Of a stretch of 64,000 nt of DNA, positions 1-11,080 are shown piece by piece. The stretch lies in assembly GCF_963921235.1 (NCBI RefSeq), contig NC_086097.1:132434001-132498000 (forward strand), in the 5' to 3' direction. The notes under the pieces were generated by a model, which made no database searches, was not told the DNA's origin, and saw only the letters and a program-made list of their open reading frames with translations. Each line of letters opens with the position of its first letter. Within the stretch, counting starts at the first letter, position 1. The stretch comes from Mobula hypostoma. Lineage: Eukaryota. The position numbers and the translations under genes were made by a program.

Positions 1-305
1 ATCTAAGACCAGAGGACACATCTTAGGAATAGGGGGATATACGTTTAGAATGGAGATGAGGAGGAATTTCTTTAGCCAGAGAGCGGCGAATTTGTGGAAT
101 CCATTACTGCAGGCAGCTGTGGAGGCCAAGTCATTGGGTATATTTCAGGCCGAGGTTGACAGATTCTTGATTAGTCAGGGAATGAAGAGATACAGGGAGA
201 AGGCAGGAAACTGGGGGTGACGGAAATAGATCAGACATGATAAAAAGGTGAAGCAGACTCGATGGGCCAAATGGCCTAATTCTGCTCCTATATCTTATGG
301 TCTTA
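1..305 (+). mobile_element. CR1 LINE 3' end fragment
   Basis: End of ORF2 (TRGH..EMRRNFFSQR-like coding) followed by GATGGGCCAAATGGCCTAATTCTGCTCC and a TCTTATGGTCTTA tail. Confidence 0.85.
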
Positions 306-947
306 CTCTGGTCTTGTATTTCCATACCAGACTGTGAGTGGAATGACTGGGATGGGAAGCAAAATAAAAAAACAATTCAATGAAATCTATGTGCCATTAT
401 AAAGTGGTTATGGATCTAGCAATTCAGCAGATCACGCAGACAACAAATCAGAGGTAAACCAGGAATGTAAATAATGCTTTCTAACTTCCACCACCCTTGC
501 ACTTTGTGATGCCTCCAAACTCCTGAAATTCAAGTCTCATGCAATGCCAGTTACAATGTGTCATCTTCTGGAGACCATATCCCTTCACCCCTCCCCCACC
601 CTCACTACCTAGACTAAGATATTAAATTCCCCCCAAAGTTTCTCCCCTTCTTACTGCTCCTTTAAGACACTTGAACCTCCTTCAACGCGCTTCTGGAAGA
701 CTGCTCCAATATCTCCTTGTGTATTGAATTTTGTTTCATACCTCCTATGAAACACTTTGAGACACTGCACTCTGCTAAAACTGATATGTAAAAGTAAGTC
801 AGTACAAATCCCCTAATATGAAAACTTCTTTGGTTAATAATTCTGAAAAGAGTGAACTTCAGTTGTTCACAGAACTTTTCCTCTGAGTATTGTGAACATG
901 ATCTATTCAAATTTTGAAGAAACTCACTTTGTGATGATAATCTGGAT

Positions 948-1250
948 CCTCGCGTGGCCAAGTGATTAAGGCGTTTGTCTAGTGATTTGAAGGCCACTAG
1001 TTCGAGCCCTGGCTGAGGCAATGTGTGTGTCCTTGAGCACTTAACCACACATTGCTCTGCGACGACACTGGTGCCAAGCTGTATCAGCCCTAGTGCCCTT
1101 CCCTTGGACAACATTGGTGGCGTGGAGAGGGGAGACTTGCAGCATGGGCAACTGCTGGTCTTCCATACAACCTTGCCCAGGCCTGCGCCCTGGAAACCTT
1201 CCAAGGCGCAAATTCATGGTCTCATGAGACTAACGGATGCCTATATATAT
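948..1250 (+). mobile_element. tRNA-derived SINE with CORE-like middle and RTE-like tail (copy 1)
   Basis: A-box-like TGGCCAAGTGA, B-box GTTCGAGCC, GTGTCCTTGAGCA..CTTAACC motif; closely similar to 32261-32562. Confidence 0.85.
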
Positions 1251-1384
1251 AAAATACAGAAAGACATGCAGCCCATTGAGTTGATATTAACTCTTGGATT
1301 GTACATCAATCCTGTTTCCCAAATTTCCTTGCATCCTATTCTCTCTCACATTACTATCAAATCCCCACCTCAATTTTCCTGTCT

Positions 1385-1590
1385 CTCACCCATACTAGGG
1401 ATAATTTGCAGTGACCAGATAACCTACCAAGCCGTCTTTGGGATATGGCAGAAAACCAGAGCAGCCAAGGGAGCCCACATTATCACAGGGAGAGCAAACT
1501 CCATATGTTCTCCTTGTGATCTGAGTTGCACCAGAGGTCAGGACTTCAAGCTGTAAGCTATCAGTGCTACTGCGATGCAATTGTGCCACT
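1385..1590 (-). mobile_element. Decayed V-SINE (HE1-like)
   Basis: Reverse strand resembles the V domain (GGTTTTCTGCCATATCCCAAAGACGGCTTGGTAGG) and a tRNA-like head. Confidence 0.65.
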
Positions 1591-1959
1591 CACCAGTTCT
1601 TGATTCCCTTTGGGTATCTCATTTTCCTGCCATTTCTTTACTCTGCATATACTGTATAGTATCAGGAATATTCTTTTGTGTCCGCCGATGGTCTGACATT
1701 CATTCTTTTGTGTTCTGTTAGCATCACATATGGAACTTCATCACAATATGAATAGATCATATTCACCATACTCAGAGGAAAAGTTCTATGGACAACTTAT
1801 TCTTTTGTTCTGTGATCTGCCTATTTCTTATCAGAAAATTTCCATAGAGTTCCAAAAGTTTTGCTCTATCACAAGGATGTTGCCTGCTTTTATTTTTCTT
1901 AAACAAGAGGACCATGAGCTGGAAATGTGCTCCTTCTATGGCATTCAGTTACCTTGACA

Positions 1960-2700
1960 TTATTATTTAAATAGTAAAAACAAATTGCAGCACGCTGCTG
2001 TGCAGAGGGACCTGGGAGTGATTGTGCGTAAATCACAAAAGGTTGGCTTGCAGGTGCAGCAGGCTACCAAGAAGGCAAATAGAATGTGGCCTTCATTGCT
2101 AGAGGGATTGAATTTAAGAGCAGGGAGGTTATGCTCCAACTCTACAGGGTGTGCAGTACTGGCCTCCCTACTTGAGGAAGGATATACTGGTTTTGGAGGT
2201 GGTGCAGAGGAGGTTCACTAGGTTGATTCCAGAGATGAGGGGGTTAGTGTATGAGAAGAGATTCAGCTGCCTGGGACTGTACTCACTGGAATTCAGAAGA
2301 AAGATAGGAAATCTTATAGCAACACATAAAATTATGAAAGGGATAGATAAAAAAGAGGCAAGAAAGTTGTTTCAATTAGTAGGTGAGACTAGAACTAGGG
2401 GACATAGCCTCAGGATTGGCGGAGTAGATTTAGGACGGAGATGAGGAGGAACTGCGTTTCCCAGAGAGTGGTGAATCTGTGGAGTTCTCTGCCCATTGAA
2501 GCAGTGGAGGCTACCTCAGTAAATATATTTAAGACAAGTTTGGATAGATTTTTGCATAGTCAGGGAATTAAGGGATATGGGGAAAAGGCAGGTAGGTGGA
2601 GATGAATCCCTGGCTAGATCAGGCATGATCTTATTGAATGGTTGAGCAGGCTCAATGGTCCAAATGGCCTACTCTTGCTCCTATTTCTTATGTTCTTATG
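1960..2700 (+). mobile_element. 5'-truncated CR1 LINE
   Basis: VQRDLGV, QYWPPYLRKDILVLEVVQRRFTRLIP, TRTRGHSL peptides; TCTTATGTTCTTATG tail. Confidence 0.9.
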
Positions 2701-4431
2701 TTGACATCAGAAGTGTCATACAAAACACAAACAATAGCTCAAATCAGTCTGGACTACTCTTCCCTTACTTTCCTCTTGTCCTGGCCCCATAACTACACTC
2801 ACCTCCACTTTTGTGTGGCTTCCAGTATCCTGAAAGCTCCATTACGCAGCCCTTCCATGAAGCAGAGTGGTCTTCGAGTGGCAATTAAGCCTCAGGCAGT
2901 GAAAACTGAAGCTTTATTTCCAGAAGCCTTGCTAGCTTCTAGTTGCTCAAAACATTGTTAGTGTATCTGAGTATCTCTGATAACCTATGGAAGCAAGTGA
3001 AGAATATTTAACCAATTACCAAAAAAGATATAACAACTTTTGAAACGCAATTAACTAATATAAAACAATGAAAATATTGGCATTAATTCAAACGAAAACA
3101 CACCACTGAACATTTAACTGAATGTCGGCAACACGATTAAAACAGCTGGGGCTGCACTTGATCCAATATCGTGTAAAACTGAAGGGCCAGGTACAAAACG
3201 TATATAAAACCTTGGTCCAGATAGGCACAGAACATCTCTGGACTCAACCGTGAGTCCAGAGCAGAGCAAGGGATCAGGCGTACTTGTAACAGACCTCTGG
3301 CATGTTCAGTACTGTTGCAGTACCAAATGTAGGCACAGACGTTCAGAACATGGTGACATGTGAACCAAATACTCGGCTGTTCTTTGCTCAGCATGATCCT
3401 TATCTCATGTGCTTAATACATGAACAAATGAATAAGTGTTTGCCACAAAGTTTCTTTGTGAAGCACATCACATAGCAAAAGTTTTTTTCCTGATTTATTA
3501 CTGTTATTACTGTTACATTTCAGAACACTGGACAGAACTCTCTGTTTGGGGGTATTCTGGGGTTATGTGAATATAGCAGATGCTAAATCAGACAAAACCA
3601 ATCTTTCTTATTGTAAATTTCAAGCAGTAAATTGAAGTTAAAAGTACAGCTGGCCCACAGTCTTAAGGTTACGTCCACACTAGACCGGATAAATCCGTAA
3701 CCGAAGCTTTTTCGCTTCGTTTTGACCCTCCGTCCACACTGAAATGGCGTCTTCCTCCCCCGAAAACGGAGCTTTTCTAAAACGCTCGCCGGAGTGTTTA
3801 AATCTGAAAACGCAGGTTGGGTGGTGTGGTGTACGGGGTAACCGGAGCTTTTTAAAAATGCCGTCATGACGTGTCCAAACAGATGGTGGCGGGAGCGCAG
3901 CATCTCATTGTTTTCTTGAATGCAGCCTCCAACACCACAACAACAATACCTGACAATAGATGTGTAACAGCCTAATGTAACATTGTATGGAAATACAAGA
4001 TAACACTGATGCAGACATGTTTTATACATTTAACGAAGTGCTTTATTAATGTATTGCCTGTGCAAACATTCAATAGATGCAATTGTCACTACTTCCAAAT
4101 TGTCATTTTTAAGTGGTAGCTTATATTTGGCATAGACGTGAAAATGTTAAGGCCAAAAAAGGAAAATTGTAAGTTTCATTTTCACTCAGGTAAAAATACA
4201 ACCACTTTTGCCCAGTAACTCATCTTATTGCACATGTAAAAATACAGCAAAATAATACAGAAAGACATGGCAAAAGGAAAGGCAAATAAATGAGGTAACA
4301 GCAAATTTCACTTTTGCCCAGTAACAAGCCTTATTGCATTTAGTTGTAGCTGTCGTCCCTTTCATCGGTGAAGAGACTATGGCTGTAGGAAATGTTTCCA
4401 GGGTGACCCCTCTGTGGGAGTGAGGAAGATG

Positions 4432-4752
4432 TTAATGGGGCCACCCGGGGGTCTGTGTGTCTGCATGTGTAGCTATTGTAGTGGCTGTGAGGCTGGTATT
4501 GTGGTGGTGAATAGTACTGGGGCGGGGGGGAGCCATCATATTCCTCATCGTTGCAAATCCCTCTGCAACAGAGTTAGTCAGTTTTTCAATGTTCATCGTC
4601 AGCCAGGTCATACTGTCCGTGAACTCCCTGCCTGTTGTCTCCATACGCTCCGGTATTTGTTTTTTTAGTTTTAAGTCCTCCTGCGCGAGAGCCATCAGTT
4701 GTCCGTCGTTTGGCAATTTCCTTTTAAGTTTTTCTAGTCTGTAACTGGACAA
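4432..4752 (-). pseudogene. C-terminal remnant of the Harbinger accessory (Myb/SANT-type ORF) protein
   Basis: KRKLPNDGQLMALAQEDLKLKKQ..NIEKLTNSVAEGF coiled-coil segment inside the TIRs resembles C-termini of Harbinger Myb-like proteins; the Myb domain and transposase are absent. Confidence 0.55.
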
Positions 4753-6597
4753 TCAGATTTTTGATTGGAGAAAGGCTAACTTTGAGGAAATGCGAAAGGA
4801 ATTAGAAGGAGTGGATTGGGACAATTTGTTTTATGGGAAGGATGTAATAGAGAAATGGAGAACATTTAAAGGTGAAATTTTGAGGGTACAGAATCTTTAT
4901 GTTCCTGTTAGGTTGAAAGGAAAGGTTAAAAGTTCAAGAGAGCCATGGTTTTCAAGGGATATTGGAAACTTGGTTTGGAAAAAGAGAGAGATCTGCAATA
5001 AATATAGGCAACTTGGAGTAAATGAGGTGCTCAAGGAATATAAAGAATGTAAAAAGAATCTTAAGAAAGAAATTAGAAAAGCTAAAAGAAGATAAGTGTT
5101 TGCTTTGGCAAGTAAGCTTAAAATAAATCCAAAGGGTTTCTACAGTTATATTAATAGCAAAAGGATAATGAGGGATAAAATTAGTCCCTTAGAGAATCAG
5201 AGTGGATGGCTATGTGCAGAGCCAAAAGAGATGGGGGAGATTTTGAACAATTTCTTTTATTTGGTATTCACTAAGGAGAAGGATGTTGAATTGTGTTAAG
5301 TAAGGGAAACAAGTAGGGTAGTTATGGAATCTATGATGATTAAAGAAGAGGAAGTACTGGCACTTTTGAGGAATATAAAAGTGGATAGGTCTCCAGGTTC
5401 TGACAGGATATTCCCTAGGACCTTGAGGGAAGTTAGTGTGGAAATAGCAGGGGCTCTGACAGAAATATTTCAAATGTCATTAGAAACGGGGATTGCACCG
5501 GAGGATTGGTGTATTGCTCGTGTTGTTCCATTGTTTAAAAAGGGTTCTAAGAGTAAACTTAGCAATTATCGGCCTGTGAGTTTGACGTCAGTGGTGGGTA
5601 AATTGATGGAAAGTATTCTTAGAGGTGGTATATATAGTTATCTAGATAGACAATCTGATTAGGAACAGTCAACATGGATTTGTGCGTGGAATGTCACGTT
5701 TGACAAATCTTACTGAATTTTTTGAAGAGGTTACTGGGAAAGTTGACAAGGGTAAAGTGGTGGATGTTGTCTATATGGACTTCAGTAAGGCCTTTGACAA
5801 GGTTCCACACGGAAGGTTAGTTAGGAAGGTTCAATCGTTAGGTATTAATATTAAAGTAGTAAAATGGATTCAGCAGTGGCTGGATGGGAGACATCAGAGA
5901 GTAGTGGTGGATAACTGTTTGTCAGATTGGAGGCTAGTGTCTAGTGATGTGCCTCAGGGATCTGTACTGGGTCCAATGTTGTTTGTCGTAGATATTAATG
6001 ATCTGGATGATGGGGTGGTAAATTGGATTAGTAAGTATGCAGATGATACTAAGATAGGTGGAGTTGTGGATAATAAAGTAGGTTTTCAAAGTTTGCAGAG
6101 AGATTTAGGCCAGTTAGAAGAGAGGGCTGAAAGATGGCAGGTGGAGTTTAATGCTGATAAATGTGAGGTGCTACATTTTGGTAGGACTAATCAAAATAGG
6201 ACATACATGGTAAATGCTAGGGCATTTAAGAATGCAGTAGAACAGAGGGATCTAGGAATAATGGTGCATAGTTCCCTGAAGGTCAAATCTCATGTGGATA
6301 GGGTGGTGAAGAAAGCTTTTGGTATGCTGGCCTTTATAAATCAGAGCATTGAGTATAGGAGTTGGGATGTAATGCTGAAATTGTATAAGACATTGGTAAG
6401 GCCAAATTTAGAGTATTGTGTACAGTTCTGGTCACCGAATTATAGGAAAGATGTCAACAAAATTGAGAGGGTACAGAGAAGATTTACAAGAATGTTACCT
6501 GGGTTTCATCTCCTAAGTTACAGAGAAAGATTGAACAAGTTGGGTCTTTATTCCTTGGAGCATAGAAGGTTGAGGGGGGACTTGATAGAGGTATTTA

Positions 6598-8506
6598 GAA
6601 ACATAGAAACATAGAAAATAGGTGCAGGAGTAGGCCATTCAGCCTTTCGAGCCTGCACCGCCATTTATTATGATCATGGCTGATCATCCAACTCAGAACC
6701 CTGCACCAGCCTTCCCTCCATACCCCCTGATCCCCGTAGCCACAAGGGCCATATCTAACTCCCTCTTAAATATAGCCAATGAACTGGCCTCAACTGTTTC
6801 CTGTGGCAGAGAATTCCACAGATTCACCACTCTCTGTGTGAAGAAGTTTTTCCTAATCTCGGTCCTAAAAGGTTTCCCTTTATCCTCAAACTGTGACCCC
6901 TCATTCTGGACTTCCCCAACATCGGGAACAATCTTCCTGCATCTAGCCTGTCCAATCCCTTTAGGATTTTATATGTTTCAATCAGATCCCCCCTCAATCT
7001 TCTAAATTCCAACGAGTACAAGCCTAGTTCATCCAGTCTTTCTTCATATGAAAGTCCTGCCATCCCAGGAATCAATCTGGTGAACCTTCTTTGTACTCCC
7101 TCTATGGCAAGGATGTCTTTCCTCAGATTAGGGGACCAAAACTGCACACAATATTCCAGGTGTGGTCTCACCAAGGCCTTGTACAACGGCAGTAGTACCT
7201 CCCTGCTCCTGTACTCGAATCCTCTCGCTATAAATGCCAGCATACCATTCGCCTTTTTCACCGCCTGCTGTACCTGCATGCCCACTTTCAATGACTGGTG
7301 TATAATGACACCCAGGTCTCGTTGCACCTCCCCTTTTCCTAATCGGCCACCATTCAGATAATAATCTGTTTTCCTATTTTTGCCACCAAAGTGGATAACT
7401 TCACATTTATCCACATTAAATTGCATCTGCCATGAATTTGCCCACTCACCCAACCTATCCAAGTCACCCTGCATCCTCTTGGCATCCTCCTCACTGCTAA
7501 CACTACCGTCCAGTTTCGTGTCATCCGCAAACTTGGAGATGCTGCATTTAGTTCCCTCATCCAAGTCATTAATATATATTGTAAACAACTGGGGTCCCAG
7601 CACTGAGCCTTGCGGTACCCCACTAATCACTGCCTGCCATTCTGAAAAGGTCCTGTTTATTCCCACTCTTTGCTTCCTGTCTGCTAACCAATTCTCTATC
7701 CACATCAATACCTTACCCCCAATACCGTGTGCTTTAAGTTTGCACACTAATCTCCTGTGTGGGACCTTCTCAAAAGCCTTTTGAAAATCCAAATATATCA
7801 CATCCACTGGTTCTCCCCTATCCACTCTACTAGTTACATCCTCAAAAAATTCTATGAGATTCGTCAGACATGATTTTCCTTTCTCAAATCCATGCTGACT
7901 TTGTCCGATGATTTCACCGCTTTCCAAATGTGCTGTTATCACATCTTTGATAACTGACTCCAGCAGTTTCCCCACCACCGACGTTAGGCTAACCGGTCTA
8001 TAATTCCCCGGTTTCTCTCTCCCTCCTTTTTTAAAAAGTGGGGTTACATTAGCCACCCTCCAATCCTCAGGAACTAGTCCAGAATCTAACGAGTTTTGAA
8101 AAATTATCACTAATGCATCCACTATTTCTTGGGCTACCTCCTTAAGCACTCTGGGATGCAGACCATCTGGCCCTGGGGATTTATCTGCCTTTAATCCCTT
8201 CAATTTACCTAACACCACTTCCCTATTAACATGTATTTCGCTCAGTTCCTCCATCTCACTGGACCCTCTGTCCCCTACTATTTCTGGAAGATTATTTATG
8301 CCCTCCTTAGTGAAGACAGAACCAAAGTAATTATTCAATTGGTCTGCCATGTCCTTGCTCCCCATAATCAATTCACCTGTTTCTGTCTGTAGGGGACCTA
8401 CATTTGTCTTTACCAGTCTTTTCCTTTTTACATATCTATAAAAGCTTTTACAGTCAGTTTTTATGTTCCCTACCAGTTTTCTCTCATAATTTTTTTCCCC
8501 TTCCTA
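6598..8506 (-). mobile_element. Young 5'-truncated CR1 LINE
   Basis: (GAAACATA)n tail at 6598-6616 on the + strand; ATTTA duplicated at 6593-6597 and 8507-8511. Confidence 0.93.
6824..8371 (-). CDS. CR1 ORF2 reverse transcriptase fragment (515 aa open, no endonuclease)
   Basis: KSPGPDGLHPRVLKE, NYRPVSLTS, GVPQGSVLGP, KFADD, RPHLEYCVQFW motifs; frameshift near the C-terminus. Confidence 0.9.
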   Translation of the reverse strand: MIMGSKDMADQLNNYFGSVFTKEGINNLPEIVGDRGSSEMEELSEIHVNREVVLGKLKGLKADKSPGPDGLHPRVLKEVAQEIVDALVIIFQNSLDSGLVPEDWRVANVTPLFKKGGREKPGNYRPVSLTSVVGKLLESVIKDVITAHLESGEIIGQSQHGFEKGKSCLTNLIEFFEDVTSRVDRGEPVDVIYLDFQKAFEKVPHRRLVCKLKAHGIGGKVLMWIENWLADRKQRVGINRTFSEWQAVISGVPQGSVLGPQLFTIYINDLDEGTKCSISKFADDTKLDGSVSSEEDAKRMQGDLDRLGEWANSWQMQFNVDKCEVIHFGGKNRKTDYYLNGGRLGKGEVQRDLGVIIHQSLKVGMQVQQAVKKANGMLAFIARGFEYRSREVLLPLYKALVRPHLEYCVQFWSPNLRKDILAIEGVQRRFTRLIPGMAGLSYEERLDELGLYSLEFRRLRGDLIETYKILKGLDRLDAGRLFPMLGKSRMRGHSLRIKGNLLGPRLGKTSSHREW

Positions 8507-10019
8507 ATTTAAAATTATGAGGGGGATAGACAGAGCTGATATGGATAGGATTTTTCCATTGAGAGTGGGGGAGATTCAAACAAGAGGACATGAGTTGAGA
8601 GTTAAAGGACAAAAGTTTAAGGGTAACATGAGGGGAAACTTCTTTACTCAGAGTGGTGGCTGTGTGGAACGAGCTTCCAGCAGAAGTGGTTGAGGCAAGT
8701 TCGATGTTGTCATTTAAACTTAAATTGGATAGCTATATGGACAGGAAAGGAATGGAGGGTTATGGGCTGAGCGTGGGTTGGTGGGACTAGGTGAGTGTAA
8801 GAGTTCGGCACACACTAGAAGGGCCGAGATGGCCTGTTTCCATGCTGTAATTGATATATGGTTATATGGTTAAATGAGCACCAAGTCTTTCGTTTGGCAA
8901 TTTCCTTTTAAGTTTTTCTAGTCTGTAACTGGACAAACACGCACCAAGTATACCATTTCCTCTTTGCTTGTTTTCTGTAGATGTGTCCTGTGCATGCCCA
9001 GTAGGAGGAGAGTCACCCAAATACCTGTTTTAATGTTGACGGAGATATTTTCAAAAATGCCTGGTGTGGACGCCAGCTTTATGCAAAGCCGGCATTTCCA
9101 AAATTATCCAGTCTAGTGTGGACGTAGCCTAAGAGGTATGTTTTGGAAAATGGTGACCACGAGATGTTTGCATATGCATCAGCCTAACAAGACACTGGGG
9201 ATATGTTAATTGCCCTGGATCATCTATGAGTTTAAGCAATTTGTAACATTGTTACAATGTGAACATTGTGTAAGTTCAAGGAAGTTTGCAATTAGTTTGG
9301 CTCAGGCAAGGCATCTGAACATTCAGATGTGTCTACTGCAGTAGATATGCAATTCAAAGGAAGCATTGCCAACCCAAAGTATTGAAGTGAACGATGTAAT
9401 TGTAACTACTGAAGCTGTATTGAACACCTACTGTTAGCATTGATCTTAAGGGTATAAAAATGTGATGTACTTTGAGATTAGGAGACTTTAACATGAGTGT
9501 CTCCACAAGAATGCCTGTTTGTTGTGATCAATAAAGATGACTATATCACTAGCTTAGTGTCTCTCCGTTGACCTCAATCACAGTCACAACAAAACCAACA
9601 AGGGGTGACATCCATGTTAGAACTTCGGTGGAATAACTTCAAAATACTTTGAAGAAATCGTTGGATTTTGCATAAGAAGCAGAGGCAGGAATGACCACAT
9701 TGGCCATTGATCTTGTTCTGCCATACAGGCCAATCTTTTTCTCGGCATTTATTTACCTCAATCTCCAGGAACTTGTCTATCAGGCCTTGAATCTACTCAG
9801 TGACTCAGCTTTCTCTGGAAAATTCATCTTTATCTCAGTCATAAGTGGCTGACCCATGACCCATCCAAATTTTGGATGCCTTTACAAGGTGGGAATATCT
9901 TTATTGGTCTATCCTGTTGCACCCCAGCTGAATTTAGAATTTCAATGTGATCACATTTCAGTTTTCTAAAATCCTGGCAATATTGGCCTATTCTGTTTAA
10001 GTTATCCTGATAAGACAAA

Positions 10020-10560
10020 CTAGAACATAGAACATAGAACATAGAAATCTACTGCACATTGCAGTCTGCTTGACCGCAATGTTGTGCCAACCATGTAACT
10101 TACTCTAGAAACTGCCTAGAATTTCCCTATCGGAGAACCCTCTATTTTTCTAAGCCCCATTTACATATCTAAAGATCCTATTGTATCTGCCTCCACCACT
10201 ATCGCTGGCAGTGCATTCCATGCACCCACCACTCTCTGTGTGAAGAACATATCCCTGACATCCCCTCTGTACCTACCTCTAAGTACCTTAAAACTATGTC
10301 ACCTCGTGTTAGCCATTTCAATCCTGTGAAAAAAAAACTCTGGCTATCCACACGATCTACGCCTCTCATCATCTTATACACCTCTATCAGGTCACCTCTC
10401 ATCCTCCATCCCTCCAATGAGAAAAAACCAAGTACACTCAACCTATTCTCATAAGGCACACTCTCCAATTCAGGCAACATTCTTGTAAGTCTCCTCTGCA
10501 GTCTTTCTATAGTATCCACATCCTTCCTGTAGTGAGGTGACCAGAACTGAAGCCAAGAAA
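10020..10560 (-). mobile_element. CR1 3' fragment
   Basis: (AGAACAT)n tail; LQFWSPHYRKDV..RMRGDLIEVYKMMRG peptide. Confidence 0.85.
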
Positions 10561-11080
10561 CTACTATTGAAAGTATCCTGACTGCTTGCATCATGGTCTG
10601 GTATGTCAAATTGGATGTGCAGGAATGTAAGAAACTGCAAAGAGAATGGACTTGGCCCAATAAGTCACGGGCATATCCCCCCACAGCATCAGTAGTAACT
10701 ACATGAAGCACTGCCTCAAGAAGGCAGCAACTATCATCTGGACCATGCCATCTTCTTCCATTAGACAGGAGGTACAGAAGCCTGAAGTCCCACACCACCA
10801 GGTTTAAGGACAGTTTCTTCTCTTCAACCATTCGGGTTTTGAACCAACTGGCAAAGCTCTAACCACTACAGTTAGGTGACATGATAACCACTTTGATCAC
10901 TTTGCACAACAATAAGCTTTGCTTCCTTTTGTTCTAATTGTGTATTGTGTTGTTTCCTGTAAATTGTGTATAATTTATGCTTAATTTATGTTTTGTTTGT
11001 GAATGCTGCTTATATGATGCACCTCTGCATACATGAACTTGTGCATATGACAATAAATTCGACTTTCATTTTAACTTTGA
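10560..11080 (+). mobile_element. Rex1/Babar LINE 3' fragment
   Basis: TIESILTACIMVWY-like coding, GRRYRSLKSHTTRFKDSF, and a TGACAATAAA tail. Confidence 0.8.

Larger units (their letters stand above)
4754..8872 (+). mobile_element. 5'-truncated CR1 LINE interrupted by an antisense CR1
   Basis: ORF fragments with NYRPVSLTSVVGK, DFSKAFDKVPH, PQGSVLGP, YADD; ORF2 resumes at about 8512 (KIMRGIDR); ATATGGTT tail; possible AAT TSD (4751-4753, 8873-8875). Confidence 0.93.
3667..9129. mobile_element. Non-autonomous PIF/Harbinger DNA transposon containing nested CR1s
   Basis: TIRs GGTTACGTCCACACTAGACCGGATAA (3667) and TTATCCAGTCTAGTGTGGACGTAGCC (ends 9129); TAA TSD at 3664-3666 and 9130-9132; subterminal CGTCCACAC repeats. 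Confidence 0.92.
3543..9591 (+). mobile_element. Probable solo LTR split by the Harbinger insertion (about 3543-3666 plus 9133-9591)
   Basis: TATAAA 9453-9458, AATAAA 9530-9535, ends in CACAACA; the post-AATAAA segment resembles the U5 of the solo LTR at 36884-37451. Left end and TSD not found. Confidence 0.45.

Noticed and set aside
948..1020. tRNA gene
   Set aside because: SINE head without a closing acceptor stem, continuing into the SINE body.
662..1556. 180-aa and 177-aa ORFs as host genes
   Set aside because: They run through the SINE at 948-1250; the same peptides recur at the second SINE copy.
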